64,000 bases of DNA from Deinococcales bacterium (GTDB lineage Bacteria > Deinococcota > Deinococci > Deinococcales > JAAFIG01). The notes under the pieces were generated by a model. The model did not search any database. It saw nothing but the letters and a program-made list of their open reading frames with translations, and was not told the DNA's origin. Made by a program: the position numbers and the translations under genes. Positions 38,418 through 48,470 of this stretch are shown here, piece by piece. The stretch spans positions 11,747 through 75,746 of the forward strand of contig JAYWGM010000075.1 of NCBI GenBank assembly GCA_043778225.1, read 5' to 3'. How positions within the stretch are numbered: the first letter of the stretch is position 1; each line of letters begins with the position of its first letter.

Positions 38418-38657
38418 ATGATTGCCACTGCCAAGCTATTTAAGAATGGACGAAGCCAAGCCGTCCGACTGCCAAAAGAATTTCGTTTTGAAGGTACAGA
38501 AGTGCTGATTGAAAAAGTTGGGAATACAATTGTTCTTACCCCAAAAGAAAATCGTTGGGACAGAATGTTGGCGGCACTGGAAATGTTTGACGGTGCAGAT
38601 ATTGAACGCAACCAACCATCTGCTCAAGAACGCGATTGGGGAGATTTGTGGGAATAG
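38418..38657 (+). CDS. vapB: VapB-type antitoxin (AbrB/SpoVT fold)
   Basis: AKLFKNGRSQAVRLPKEFRF is the canonical SpoVT/AbrB-like VapB N-terminus. GGAGG SD. Confidence 0.9.
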   Translation: MIATAKLFKNGRSQAVRLPKEFRFEGTEVLIEKVGNTIVLTPKENRWDRMLAALEMFDGADIERNQPSAQERDWGDLWE

Positions 38658-38662
38658 ATTTT

Positions 38663-39055
38663 ATGCTTGATACAAACATTTGTATTTACATAATAAAGAA
38701 TCACCCACCAAAAGTCAGACAAATACTCGAGCAGAAAAAGGATTTTGAGATTGTCCTTTCAACTGCTGTGGTTTTTGAACTCCAATATGGTATCGAAAAA
38801 AGTCTGGCTCGAGAAAAGAACCAAATTGCGTTGGAGGAATTTTTGATAGGTTTTGAAATTGCTACTTTTGATAGAGCCGCCGCAACTCGAGCCGCAAGTA
38901 TTCGGGCTGGACTTGAAAGAAAAGGAACGCCAATTGGTGCGTATGATTACCTGATTGCGGCTCATGCCCTTGAGTTAGGCGCAACTTTAGTCACCAATAA
39001 CCTCAAAGAATTTAGGCGAGTGCAAGGCTTACACCTCGAGAATTGGTTTGCTTAG
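38663..39055 (+). CDS. vapC: VapC PIN-domain toxin
   Basis: MLDTNICIYII...ELQYG...YDYLIAAHA...TNN contains the PIN acidic residues. The start is 6 nt after the vapB stop. Confidence 0.9.
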   Translation: MLDTNICIYIIKNHPPKVRQILEQKKDFEIVLSTAVVFELQYGIEKSLAREKNQIALEEFLIGFEIATFDRAAATRAASIRAGLERKGTPIGAYDYLIAAHALELGATLVTNNLKEFRRVQGLHLENWFA

Positions 39056-39365
39056 TTAAGCGACACGACTCAAGTACCCACGCCAAGATACGCATCTTAT
39101 CTCGAGGTTTGCCACAGACCCCGACGAATTTAAAAACACACCGATTCGTTCTCTACGATTTGTCAGTGATGCAGAAGGTCATGTTGTCAAAGCCGAAATG
39201 TTCGGACGAGGTACGAGACTATCAAAAAATCTTGAATCACTTTATCCAAATTCTGTAGAATTGGTAAAAAATATGTCCATCACAACTTAATTTTGTATTA
39301 CGCGCTGTGAGCCTCGAGAAGCCGCCTTGAAATTGGCTCGAGGGTTCTAACACCTTATAATCTGG

Positions 39366-40418
39366 TCACTCGAGGTCATCACGCATTTTTTCCATTTTCT
39401 CGAGGGCTTCGCGTCTGGTCTCCATGTCCATCTTGGCATAAATAGCCGAAGTATTGACACTGGCATGACCGAGTAAATCTGCAACAACGTGTAAATCCTT
39501 GGTGGCTCGGTACAAGTGCGTTCCAGCAGTTCGCCGCAGCGTATGCAGTCCCCACATCTCACTTGGTAGCCCAGCGCCCACGTAATAACCCTTGGCTATA
39601 AATCTTGCGCCATGCGTGGTTAAACGCCGTCCGTGACGCTGATTCCTCGAGATACTGACAATCAGTGCTTTTTCGATTTCAGGAATTTCACCGCGCAATT
39701 CAAGACCACCCCGCACCTCGAGCCAACGCTTCAATAAAAGAATCAATTCGTTAGCAATCGGTATAATGCGTTTTTTGCCGCCTTTACCGCTTTGGACTGT
39801 GATTCGTTTAAGACTAATTTCAACGTCGGTCACATCTAAACTAATGATTTCTTTGGCTCGCAACCCACCCGAGCCACCAAGCGCAATTAAAAGTCCATCT
39901 CGAGTACGACGCGGGTCGTCCACATTGTACTTCTCGAGTGGTGCATTAACAATTTCACGGTACAGGGCAGGGGAGAGCGCCGACTTTTTCAAATGGGCTG
40001 GGGTGGGGTCTCGAGGGGCTTTGACCTCGGCGGCAGGATTGACTGTTGTGGCTTTTGCCCAAATTAAAGCGCGATACAAACAACGAACACCATTTAAGTA
40101 CGTGATGATGCTCCCAGCTTTCATGCCCTCAGCTTGCAAAGTCACCAACCAAGTTTCCATATCATCCGCCTCGAGCCGTGTGACCTCGAGCCGATTAGAA
40201 GCTCGGCTACAAAACTCGAGAAAGCGCTTGACCGACGCAGCATAGAGGAGACGAGTATCGTTAGAAGTTAAGGCTTTACGCGCACTTTTTAGGGTTAAGT
40301 AATGGTTTAGTAACTCGAGCAGGGTAGCCAAGTCTTGTTCGTGTGCGGCGCGGACAGCTTCGCGTTTACGGTTTTCAGCAGATTGGAATTTACTGGAAAG
40401 AACTAGCTCGAGACTCAT
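39366..40418 (-). CDS. Tyrosine recombinase/integrase (XerC/D-like)
   Basis: SAM-like N-domain, then RAKEI...HTLRRTAGTHLY...LLGHASVNTSAIY (R..HxxR..Y catalytic set). Confidence 0.9.
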   Translation of the reverse strand: MSLELVLSSKFQSAENRKREAVRAAHEQDLATLLELLNHYLTLKSARKALTSNDTRLLYAASVKRFLEFCSRASNRLEVTRLEADDMETWLVTLQAEGMKAGSIITYLNGVRCLYRALIWAKATTVNPAAEVKAPRDPTPAHLKKSALSPALYREIVNAPLEKYNVDDPRRTRDGLLIALGGSGGLRAKEIISLDVTDVEISLKRITVQSGKGGKKRIIPIANELILLLKRWLEVRGGLELRGEIPEIEKALIVSISRNQRHGRRLTTHGARFIAKGYYVGAGLPSEMWGLHTLRRTAGTHLYRATKDLHVVADLLGHASVNTSAIYAKMDMETRREALEKMEKMRDDLE

Positions 40419-40960
40419 GTTTCTATACCGATTTGTTCTTTGAATAAATCAAATAAATCACCAAGCTGGTCAGGAAATCCCCAACCCATATCTGAGGTTG
40501 ACTTAACAATTTTTTGAAGTTGAGCCATGTACACCCGTGGTGTTGGATGTTTTGCAATTTGTTTTAAGACTTCTTCAAAAACAGTTTCAATACTAATGTA
40601 AAATTGCTCGTCAATATCACCATATGTTGCGGTACACCGAATTCCCATTTCTACAAAGTGCAACTGAATTGCTATGGCTTCTTGTATTGGAGCAACTTTG
40701 ATATATTGTCGCATTGCTTTACGAGCCGCACCTGTTTTACAACTTGGAAAGCCCCGTGGTGGGTCAAAGGCTTTTTCGATTTCTTTCATCACAGGCGCTT
40801 CTAAAGCCTCAAGGCTGGCTTGTTTATCCACCACACCCATGAGAAAGGATTTATTGGGAGTGGATAAATCATAGAATTGTTTGATAAGCTCGAGTAAATC
40901 GGTACTATCAAAGTTTTGCAGTTCTTTTTTAATGGCTGTCCAAGTTGGTTTTGTAGGCAT
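40415..40960 (-). CDS. Hypothetical protein co-transcribed with the integrase
   Basis: 181-aa ORF. Its stop overlaps the integrase start by 4 bp. I recognised no motif. Confidence 0.6.
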   Translation of the reverse strand: MPTKPTWTAIKKELQNFDSTDLLELIKQFYDLSTPNKSFLMGVVDKQASLEALEAPVMKEIEKAFDPPRGFPSCKTGAARKAMRQYIKVAPIQEAIAIQLHFVEMGIRCTATYGDIDEQFYISIETVFEEVLKQIAKHPTPRVYMAQLQKIVKSTSDMGWGFPDQLGDLFDLFKEQIGIET

Positions 40961-41042
40961 AGATTAAATTATAGCATATAGATTCGTTTACTGAAAGAAA
41001 GGTAAGTATAATTTTGAGCCTCAAGAAGTTCTAAACTAAACC

Positions 41043-42125
41043 ATGACTGGACTCGAGCGACTGATTGCTAACCCTAAGAACCTTGGACGTGCTGCGCTGT
41101 ACACCAACCACACAGGGGTGACTCGAGACTTTACGCCAGCAGCAGTAGCCATTCAAAAGGCTGGGATGAAACTCGAGAAACTGTTCGCGCCAGAGCATGG
41201 TATCGATGGAAGTGGTAAGGAAGGCGAAGCCCCAGAGGTGGCGTTCGATACTGCCAGTGGTTTACCAGTAGTCACACTTTATGACAAGTCACCCTCCGAG
41301 GTTGTTTCAGCACTCGAGGGCTTAACGTGTGTGCTGTTTGATATTCAAAGCGTTGGGACACGTTTTTACACCTACTTAGCGAGTCTGGCACGACTGCTCG
41401 AGGCGTGCCGTGAAGCTGAAGTTCCTTTGATTGTGCTTGACCGCCCTAATCCCAACGGAAACCGTATTGAAGGCGCAATGCTCGAGCCAAGTTACGCTTC
41501 GTTTGTCGGTATCCCAGATGTACCGTTGCGCTTTGGACTGACCTATGGCGAAATGGCAATTCACTTATCGAATGATTGGGATGGTCTCGAGGTGATTCAA
41601 TGCGATTTGTCTGACCCTCTCACTTGGGTTGCACCTAGCCCCAATATGCCAACGCTCGAGACCGTGGCGCTTTACCCCGGAATGTGTTTACTCGAGGGTA
41701 CGGATTGGTCTGAAGGTCGCGGTACAGCCCTCCCCTTTCAAGTTTTTGGTGCGCCAAATGTGGATGCCCATGGTTTGGTCAAAAGATTAAATGCGCTCGA
41801 GTTACAGGGTCTGCGTTTTCGAGCGACATATTTCACGCCAACTTATCAAAAACACAATGCTTTACTTTGTGCTGGAGCGCAAATTCATGTTATCGGGCAA
41901 CTCGAGGATATGCTACCAATTGGGCTGAGTATCCTAACAGTGGCACAGGAGTTTGGGGCAGAGTATAAGTTGGCATGGTTGCAAAAGCTGCTGGGTACGG
42001 GCATTCTCGAGTCGGATTTAACCTTAGAGAACATCCCAAATCTGATTCGGGCTTGGAATGAAGCGACAAAACGCAGTTGGGTGATGGAAGGTATTTTATA
42101 TCCTCGGGATTTAATCTTGTCTTGA
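41043..42125 (+). CDS. DUF1343 family protein (exo-beta-N-acetylmuramidase NamZ-like)
   Basis: N-terminal GLERLIANPKNLG...ALYTNHTGV, then LFAPEHG and FDIQSVGTRFYTY, characteristic of DUF1343. Confidence 0.8.
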   Translation: MTGLERLIANPKNLGRAALYTNHTGVTRDFTPAAVAIQKAGMKLEKLFAPEHGIDGSGKEGEAPEVAFDTASGLPVVTLYDKSPSEVVSALEGLTCVLFDIQSVGTRFYTYLASLARLLEACREAEVPLIVLDRPNPNGNRIEGAMLEPSYASFVGIPDVPLRFGLTYGEMAIHLSNDWDGLEVIQCDLSDPLTWVAPSPNMPTLETVALYPGMCLLEGTDWSEGRGTALPFQVFGAPNVDAHGLVKRLNALELQGLRFRATYFTPTYQKHNALLCAGAQIHVIGQLEDMLPIGLSILTVAQEFGAEYKLAWLQKLLGTGILESDLTLENIPNLIRAWNEATKRSWVMEGILYPRDLILS

Positions 42126-42179
42126 AATTTATGGCTAAACACGTCAGAATGCAGGTCTACAAAAATTGAGGAGGATAGT

Positions 42180-43919
42180 ATGCAACTAAAAAATCGTTTT
42201 GCGTTGGTGTTCAGTGCTTTGGCAGCCGTCGCCGTAGCCCAAGGCAGTATTCCCGCGACCGTTCCCGCCGTGATGTTTCAACAAGAAGGTAAACGTGGTG
42301 GCGTTTTTACCCAAGCCATTACCACTGCGCCCGTCACCTTTAATTATTATAATGCGATAGACGGTGCAACCCAAACGGTTCTGAACAATGTCTTCGACAG
42401 ACTTTTAACCTTAAATCCATACACCAATAAAATCTATCCAAATTTGGTCGAATCTTGGCAGTTTTCAGAAGATGGCTTGGTTTTAACGATGCGTTTGCGC
42501 GATATAAAATGGTCGGATGGTACGCCCATGACTGCTGATGATGTGCTGTTTACGGTGGATGACCTTGCCAATAATCCAAACTTACGGGCAAATTTTACCA
42601 CCCAGTTGCGAATTGGTGGCAAGTCTTTGGTTTTTGAAAAAATCAATGCTCGAGCCTTTAAAATCATCATGCCAGTCCAGTATGGCGCGATTCTCAATGT
42701 CCTGACTTTTTTCCCAATCATGCCAAAGCATAAACTCGAGCAATTTGACCCCAAAGGTAAACCAGCCGAATTTGCTCGAGCTTGGGCAACTGACTCTAAA
42801 TTATCCGAGATTGTTGGCACAGGTCCGTTTGTGTTATCAAGTTATGTGGCAAATCAAAAAGTGACGATGGGGCGCAATCCCAACTCTTGGCGCAAAGACC
42901 CTTCGGACAATCAACTGCCCTACACCGATAAACTCGAGTATTTGGTGATTAACTCGCCAGAAGCCCAAATTGCCCAACTTAAAGCGGGTACTTTAGATAG
43001 CCTAAGCATCACTGGGGCGCAGTTTCCAGACCTCAAAGCCGCCGAAGTGCGCGACAATAAAGTCAAAGTCTTGCGCGGCATCGGCTTAAACAGCCCACCG
43101 TGGCATTGGTCGTTTAATATGGACTCGAGCAACCCAGATTTAGCCAAAGTCTTTAGGGACCTTAAATTCCGTCAAGCCATGAATCTGGCACTCAACCGCG
43201 AGCGCGTGATCGAAAGTGTGTTTAATGGTTTAGCCAGTTTACCCGGACATGGGGTTGCCCCAACTTCGGATTGGTACTTTAATACCCGCGATTATTTTCC
43301 CAAGTGGAATCTCAAGGCAGCCGACGACTTATTGGATAGTATCGGCTTAAAAGATACCGATGGTGATGGTGTTCGCAATCTTGGTTCTGGCAAGCAACTC
43401 GAGTTTTCTTTGACCCACGCGGCTGACTCGAGTGTTGCTCCAGCCATGGGCGCAATCATTCAAAATGACTTAAAGCAAATCGGGGTTCGGGTCAATCTGC
43501 GTGGTGTGGCAGGAAATACGGTGCTTGGAACTGGGCAAGCTGGTAATTTTGACAGCATTCTATTGACATTTGGCGATCAACCCGACCCACAATTGCGTAA
43601 GGATATTTGGCAACCCGGGCGAGGCTTAAATTATTGGCGCAAGAGCTTACAGCCACAAGGTACAGCCGCGATTAACACCAAAAATATGTTCCCCTACGAA
43701 CGCCGTATTTTTCAGATTTTTGAAGAAGCCGAACGGCTTGGCGACCAAAATCGCCGTAAAGCCCTGTACGACGAGTGGCAAGTCTTATTTGCTAAGCATA
43801 TGCCCGTTATTTTAATTACCAAGCCAGATGTTTTGGCAGTCGCCAATAACCGCATTGGCAACTTTTTTGCTCGAGATAACCGAGTTTTATGGAGTCCAGC
43901 AACGGTCTACGAAAAATAA
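42180..43919 (+). CDS. ABC transporter substrate-binding protein, family 5 (peptide/nickel type)
   Basis: Signal peptide, then LVESWQFSEDGLVLTMRLRDIKWSDG (the family-5 SBP signature region). Length 579 aa. Confidence 0.88.
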   Translation: MQLKNRFALVFSALAAVAVAQGSIPATVPAVMFQQEGKRGGVFTQAITTAPVTFNYYNAIDGATQTVLNNVFDRLLTLNPYTNKIYPNLVESWQFSEDGLVLTMRLRDIKWSDGTPMTADDVLFTVDDLANNPNLRANFTTQLRIGGKSLVFEKINARAFKIIMPVQYGAILNVLTFFPIMPKHKLEQFDPKGKPAEFARAWATDSKLSEIVGTGPFVLSSYVANQKVTMGRNPNSWRKDPSDNQLPYTDKLEYLVINSPEAQIAQLKAGTLDSLSITGAQFPDLKAAEVRDNKVKVLRGIGLNSPPWHWSFNMDSSNPDLAKVFRDLKFRQAMNLALNRERVIESVFNGLASLPGHGVAPTSDWYFNTRDYFPKWNLKAADDLLDSIGLKDTDGDGVRNLGSGKQLEFSLTHAADSSVAPAMGAIIQNDLKQIGVRVNLRGVAGNTVLGTGQAGNFDSILLTFGDQPDPQLRKDIWQPGRGLNYWRKSLQPQGTAAINTKNMFPYERRIFQIFEEAERLGDQNRRKALYDEWQVLFAKHMPVILITKPDVLAVANNRIGNFFARDNRVLWSPATVYEK

Positions 43920-44041
43920 TCCAGCAGCTAAGAACGGCAATCTTGCACACAGAAGCTGTTTTTACGTTAGACTGTAAGGCGTTGCACCAGTTCATGGTCT
44001 GTTTTCGTCAATCACTCAACAAGTTTTTTGGAGGTCTCGAG

Positions 44042-44398
44042 ATGAAGTTATTACTGGTTGGTTTCGTTGCACTGCTTGCTTTTACGTCCTGCGCTCCAGA
44101 TTTGAATCGTCCCACACTGCGTCCTGTGATTATCAAACTTTCTGAACCCGCTAAAATTGGCGAAACCGTCACGATTCAAGGTCGCTACCTTGGCAGCAAA
44201 GAAAATGGCTTGGTTTTATTTAATGCTGATGCGCTTGGTAAAAGCGGAGTCAATGCAGGCACAGCTGATGTCATTTCTTGGACTGCTTCGGAAATCCAAG
44301 TAAAAATTCCGATTGAAGCTCGTCCCGGCGGGAATTTCTTGTTTGTCAGCGTCGGTGGAATTCTCAGCAATGGTATGGCATACAGCGTCACTAAGTAA
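44042..44398 (+). CDS. IPT/TIG-domain lipoprotein
   Basis: ORF 43889..44398 trimmed to MKLLLVGFVALLAFTSC (lipobox) with a GGAGG SD. VTIQGRYLG...ISWTASEIQVKIP is an Ig-like pattern. Confidence 0.7.
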   Translation: MKLLLVGFVALLAFTSCAPDLNRPTLRPVIIKLSEPAKIGETVTIQGRYLGSKENGLVLFNADALGKSGVNAGTADVISWTASEIQVKIPIEARPGGNFLFVSVGGILSNGMAYSVTK

Positions 44399-44408
44399 AT
44401 TAACTCGA

Positions 44409-44444
44409 GGACGAAAGCGACTAGGCTTTCGTCCTTATTCTTTT
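44409..44444 (+). terminator. Rho-independent terminator
   Basis: GGACGAAAGC-gactag-GCTTTCGTCC followed by TTATTCTTTT. Confidence 0.8.
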
Positions 44445-44472
44445 CTGGTTCAAGCCACAGTAGAATCAGGTC

Positions 44473-45795
44473 ATGAAGTTTCAAACCATCAAAGGCACTT
44501 TTGACCGTTTACCAGCCGACTCGAGTCAATGGCGCTTTATCCAAGAAACCGCCCGCACTGTTCTCGAGCGCTTTGGAGCAGGGGAAATTCACACGCCAGT
44601 TTTTGAAGATGTTGGCGTTTTTCTAAAAGCGGTTGGCGATTCTTCGGATATTGTGCGTAAAGAAATGTATACCTTTACCGACCGAGGCGGACGCAATTTA
44701 TGTTTACGTCCAGAAGCCACGGCTGGCATGGTACGCGCCTATCTCGAGCATGGCTTTGGTTCAAAGCCCACACCGGTCAAATTCTGGACGTTTGAGCCGA
44801 TGTTTCGCGGCGAGAAACCACAAAAAGGACGTGAGCGCCAATTTCATCAAGTTGGTTTTGAAATCCTTGGGCTTGCCGATGCCCTTGCCGATGCTGAAAT
44901 CATTGATGCAGGAGTGCAGCTTCTCTCGAGCTTGGGAATTAAGGATTATGTGATTCACCTTGGTTCAGTTGGCGACCCAGAAGATAGAGCAACTTATAAT
45001 CAGTATTTGCGCGATACCCTCTCCCCTGTTCTTGAGCAGTTGAGTCAAGATTCTCGGGAGCGTCTGGTCTTAAATCCAATGAGAATTTTAGACAGCAAAG
45101 ACAAAGCCGATCAAGCGCTGTTGCTCGAGTTACAAGTCAAACCAATGCTCGAGTTTCTAGGCGTGGCGGCTCGAGAACACTTTGAAGCGGTTCAAAAGTG
45201 CTTAATTGCTTGGGAGATTCCTTTTGTGGTGGACTCGAGCATTGTGCGTGGCTTAGATTATTACCGTCGCACAGCTTTTGAGTTTATCCATAACGACCCA
45301 AGTATGGCTGGGTGCAGCACGATTCTGGCAGGTGGGCGTTACGATGGTCTTGCCGAGATTCTGGGCGGACAGCACACGCCGGGCGTAGGCTGGGGTTGCG
45401 GCGTAGAACGGGTAATCCTTGCGATGGAAGCCGAGCAGATTGCTGTGCCAGACCTTGAGAAACCACTGGTTTACGTTATCCCACTGGATGAAGACAGTAT
45501 TTTATATGCACAAAATGTGGCTCGAGCCGTGCGAAGTATTGGGCAAGCGCTTTGTGCTTATAAACCTAAAAAACTTGGAAAAGCCTTAGATGAGGCAAAT
45601 AAAAACGGCGCAAAGTTCTTAGTTTTTATTGGCGACCGCGAACGTGATTTCAATAAAGTAACATTTAGGATTATGGCAACTGGAATGTTTTCCAACGTTA
45701 TGTACTTAAATGAATTTATTGAACGACTAAAAAATCCAGAGGAACTAATTCAATATATTGAGTCTCTACCAATGGAATCTTCAATAAAACCTTAA
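44473..45795 (+). CDS. hisS: Histidine--tRNA ligase
   Basis: Class II motifs (MYTFTDRGGRNLCLRPE, FHQVGFE, GGGRYDGL) and a C-terminal anticodon-binding domain. Confidence 0.95.
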   Translation: MKFQTIKGTFDRLPADSSQWRFIQETARTVLERFGAGEIHTPVFEDVGVFLKAVGDSSDIVRKEMYTFTDRGGRNLCLRPEATAGMVRAYLEHGFGSKPTPVKFWTFEPMFRGEKPQKGRERQFHQVGFEILGLADALADAEIIDAGVQLLSSLGIKDYVIHLGSVGDPEDRATYNQYLRDTLSPVLEQLSQDSRERLVLNPMRILDSKDKADQALLLELQVKPMLEFLGVAAREHFEAVQKCLIAWEIPFVVDSSIVRGLDYYRRTAFEFIHNDPSMAGCSTILAGGRYDGLAEILGGQHTPGVGWGCGVERVILAMEAEQIAVPDLEKPLVYVIPLDEDSILYAQNVARAVRSIGQALCAYKPKKLGKALDEANKNGAKFLVFIGDRERDFNKVTFRIMATGMFSNVMYLNEFIERLKNPEELIQYIESLPMESSIKP

Positions 45796-45814
45796 TCTCG
45801 AGTATAGTGTTTCT

Positions 45815-46387
45815 ATGACTGCACTGCTTGAACCTCCAATTACCAGAGGTGCAATTCCAATACCGCTCATGCGCGTGGATTTAGCCCATTATGACCGTAT
45901 GATTGCGGCTGGTGTGTTCGATGACCAAAAAGTGGAGTTGTTAGACGGTCTGATTTTGGAGCGTGAACCCATGAAACCTGTTCATTACACTCGAGTTAAA
46001 CGTATTTATGATCGTTTGCTTAGTCAGTTTTCTGGATTAGCTACGGTGTATTCCGAAGTTCCGATCGAATTACCGCATGATGGTCGTCCACATCCTGATG
46101 TTTTACTGGCTCGAGTTGGCGCAGGCGACGAAAATTACACAATGCCAGAAGATATTTTTTTGCTGCTCGAGGTAGCGGATACTTCTTTGGAGCGAGACCG
46201 AGAATTCAAGAGTTTTTTATATACAAGAGATTTTATTGGTGAATATTGGATTTTGAATTTGCGGCTGAATCAACTCGAGGTGTACCGTGAACCAAATGGC
46301 GAGGCGTATACTTCTAAATTGGTTTTTCCTTTTGGGGTCAAGGTCGCGTGTTTGGCTTTTCCAAACCTCGAGATTGATTGGTCATAA
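45815..46387 (+). CDS. Uma2 family endonuclease (DUF820)
   Basis: ELLDGLILE...PDVLL...LLLEVADTS matches the Uma2 PD-(D/E)XK pattern. Confidence 0.85.
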   Translation: MTALLEPPITRGAIPIPLMRVDLAHYDRMIAAGVFDDQKVELLDGLILEREPMKPVHYTRVKRIYDRLLSQFSGLATVYSEVPIELPHDGRPHPDVLLARVGAGDENYTMPEDIFLLLEVADTSLERDREFKSFLYTRDFIGEYWILNLRLNQLEVYREPNGEAYTSKLVFPFGVKVACLAFPNLEIDWS

Positions 46388-46388
46388 T

Positions 46389-46580
46389 ATGAACTCGAAT
46401 TGGGTTGAAGAATTTGAGGCAGCCGCTAAACGCCCGTTAAAAACACGTCTCAAATATGCTTTTATCAAAACTTATAAGCCAATTCTCGACGACGAACCTT
46501 TTCATGCCTTTAAGACCATGCACGACTACCGAGAATGGTGCAAGCAATTACCTTCGTGGCTTGGGTTTGAACGTGTTTAA
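46389..46580 (+). CDS. Small hypothetical protein
   Basis: ORF 46287..46580 trimmed to the ATG at 46389, directly after the Uma2 stop. 63 aa with no motif. Confidence 0.45.
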   Translation: MNSNWVEEFEAAAKRPLKTRLKYAFIKTYKPILDDEPFHAFKTMHDYREWCKQLPSWLGFERV

Positions 46581-46670
46581 TTACCAACAAGCCCTTGAAG
46601 TTCGTGATGCTTTTGAGCGTTAATAATTTATGAGTCGCTTGCCCTAGCGTTTGCCTGTTAAACTCGAGCG

Positions 46671-48425
46671 ATGAAACGAACCCACTATTGTAATGACCTC
46701 TCGCAAAGCCACGTCGGTCAAATTGTGACCTTAAACGGCTGGGTTTCTCGAGTGCGCGAATTCCCCGATACCCGTTTTATTGTGCTGCGTGACCGCTCTG
46801 GCATCGTGCAAATTACGGTAGACTCGAGCAATTTATGTTTTGCGATCGCCGACCAGTGCAAGTCCGAATATGTTCTCGAGGTCGTAGGAATTGTTCAGGC
46901 TAGAAGCGAGCAAAATAAATCGGCTGCCTATGCCACGGGTGCAATAGAAATTATTCCAACCACTCTCGAGATTTTAGCCAAATCCAAACCCGTACCGTTT
47001 CCAGTGGATGGCACGCCAATCACCACCTCCGAAGAAATTCGCTTAAAGTATCGCTATTTGGATTTGCGCCGTGAGCCTTTGCGCGAAGCCTTAAAGCTGC
47101 GCTCTAAAACAATTTCGAGTATTTATCAGTTTTTGGACTCCGAAGGTTTTATCAGTGTCGAAACACCAATGCTGACCAAATCCACCCCAGAAGGCGCACG
47201 AGATTACCTTGTTCCAAGCCGTACCAGTGCTGGCAATTTTTATGCGCTGCCGCAAAGTCCACAGCTTTTTAAGCAACTTTTGATGATTGCTAATTTTGAT
47301 AAGTATTTCCAGATTGCGCGTTGTTTTCGTGATGAAGATTTACGAGCCGACCGCCAACCAGATTTTACGCAACTCGATATTGAGATGAGCTTTGTGGATG
47401 TGGACGATGTTCTTTTATTAAACGAACGTTTGATTCAACACGTTTTTAAGCAAACCCTAAATGTGGATGTACCTCTCCCCTTGCCGCGTCTAAGCTATGA
47501 AGATGCACTTAACCGCTTTGGTTCAGATAAACCCGACCAGCGTTTTGGTCTCGAGATTCAAGATGTCTCAGGAATCGTTGCAGAAACTGGGTTTGCGGTC
47601 TTCAAAACTGCCCTCGAGTCTGGCGGAACGGTACGGGTTTTAACTGTACCAGCCGAACTCAGCCGTAAACAAATCGAAAGCCTCGAGCAAGTGGCAAAAC
47701 AAAATGGTGCAAAAGGCTTGGCATGGACAAAAGCCACCGCTTTGGGTTTTGAAGGCGGAATCGCTAAGTTCCTCTCCCCTGCCGAAGTTGCTTTGTTGCT
47801 CGAGCAAACAGGTGCAGTTATAGGGCAGACGCTACTTTTTGGGGCAGATACTCGAGATACAGCCCTCAAGGCTTTAGGTGCGGTTCGCTTGGCATTGCGC
47901 GACGAGTTAAAACTGATTAGCGCAGATTCGCCACGCTTTCACTTTTCTTGGATTACAGATTTCCCGTTGCTCGAGTGGGATGAAGACAACCAGCGTTTTA
48001 CCTTTATGCACCACCCGTTTACCAGCCCGAGTCTGGAAGATATGCACAAATTTGGAACAGCCGAAATGGGCAGCATGAAGGCTCGAGCTTATGATTTAGT
48101 CCTAAATGGTTATGAAGTTGGCGGCGGTAGCATCCGAATTCACCAGCCAGAAATCCAAGAAAAAATGTTTAACGCGATTGGTTTTAGCACACTTCAGGCT
48201 CGAGAACGCTTTGGGTTTTTTATGGAAGCGCTCGAGTATGGCACACCACCACATGGCGGAATTGCATGGGGCTTAGACCGTATGGTGTCAGTCATGGCTG
48301 GGGCTGAGACCATCCGCGATGTGATTGCTTTTCCTAAAAACACCAAGGGTATAGACATTATGGCAGATGCACCAAGTATCGTGGACGAAAAACAACTGGC
48401 GGATTTGCATATCAAATTGCGCTAA
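46671..48425 (+). CDS. aspS: Aspartate--tRNA ligase
   Basis: OB-fold N-domain, FQIARCFRDEDLRADRQPDFTQLD (motif 2), the bacterial insertion domain and GGGSIR...GLDR (motif 3). Confidence 0.95.
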   Translation: MKRTHYCNDLSQSHVGQIVTLNGWVSRVREFPDTRFIVLRDRSGIVQITVDSSNLCFAIADQCKSEYVLEVVGIVQARSEQNKSAAYATGAIEIIPTTLEILAKSKPVPFPVDGTPITTSEEIRLKYRYLDLRREPLREALKLRSKTISSIYQFLDSEGFISVETPMLTKSTPEGARDYLVPSRTSAGNFYALPQSPQLFKQLLMIANFDKYFQIARCFRDEDLRADRQPDFTQLDIEMSFVDVDDVLLLNERLIQHVFKQTLNVDVPLPLPRLSYEDALNRFGSDKPDQRFGLEIQDVSGIVAETGFAVFKTALESGGTVRVLTVPAELSRKQIESLEQVAKQNGAKGLAWTKATALGFEGGIAKFLSPAEVALLLEQTGAVIGQTLLFGADTRDTALKALGAVRLALRDELKLISADSPRFHFSWITDFPLLEWDEDNQRFTFMHHPFTSPSLEDMHKFGTAEMGSMKARAYDLVLNGYEVGGGSIRIHQPEIQEKMFNAIGFSTLQARERFGFFMEALEYGTPPHGGIAWGLDRMVSVMAGAETIRDVIAFPKNTKGIDIMADAPSIVDEKQLADLHIKLR

Positions 48426-48470
48426 GCTAACTTTTTTGGTCTGGATAAATTATAGGATTATGGGTAATAA

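Noticed and set aside
39043-39258. 71-aa ORF between vapC and the recombinase gene
   Set aside because: It overlaps the vapC stop region and has no RBS, no motif and an atypical composition.
38340-41040. Direct repeats (att sites) flanking the vapBC-integrase segment
   Set aside because: The only match is a weak CTGAAAG(G/A)A similarity between about 38360 and about 41000. It is too short to be meaningful, and no tRNA or tmRNA gene is nearby.
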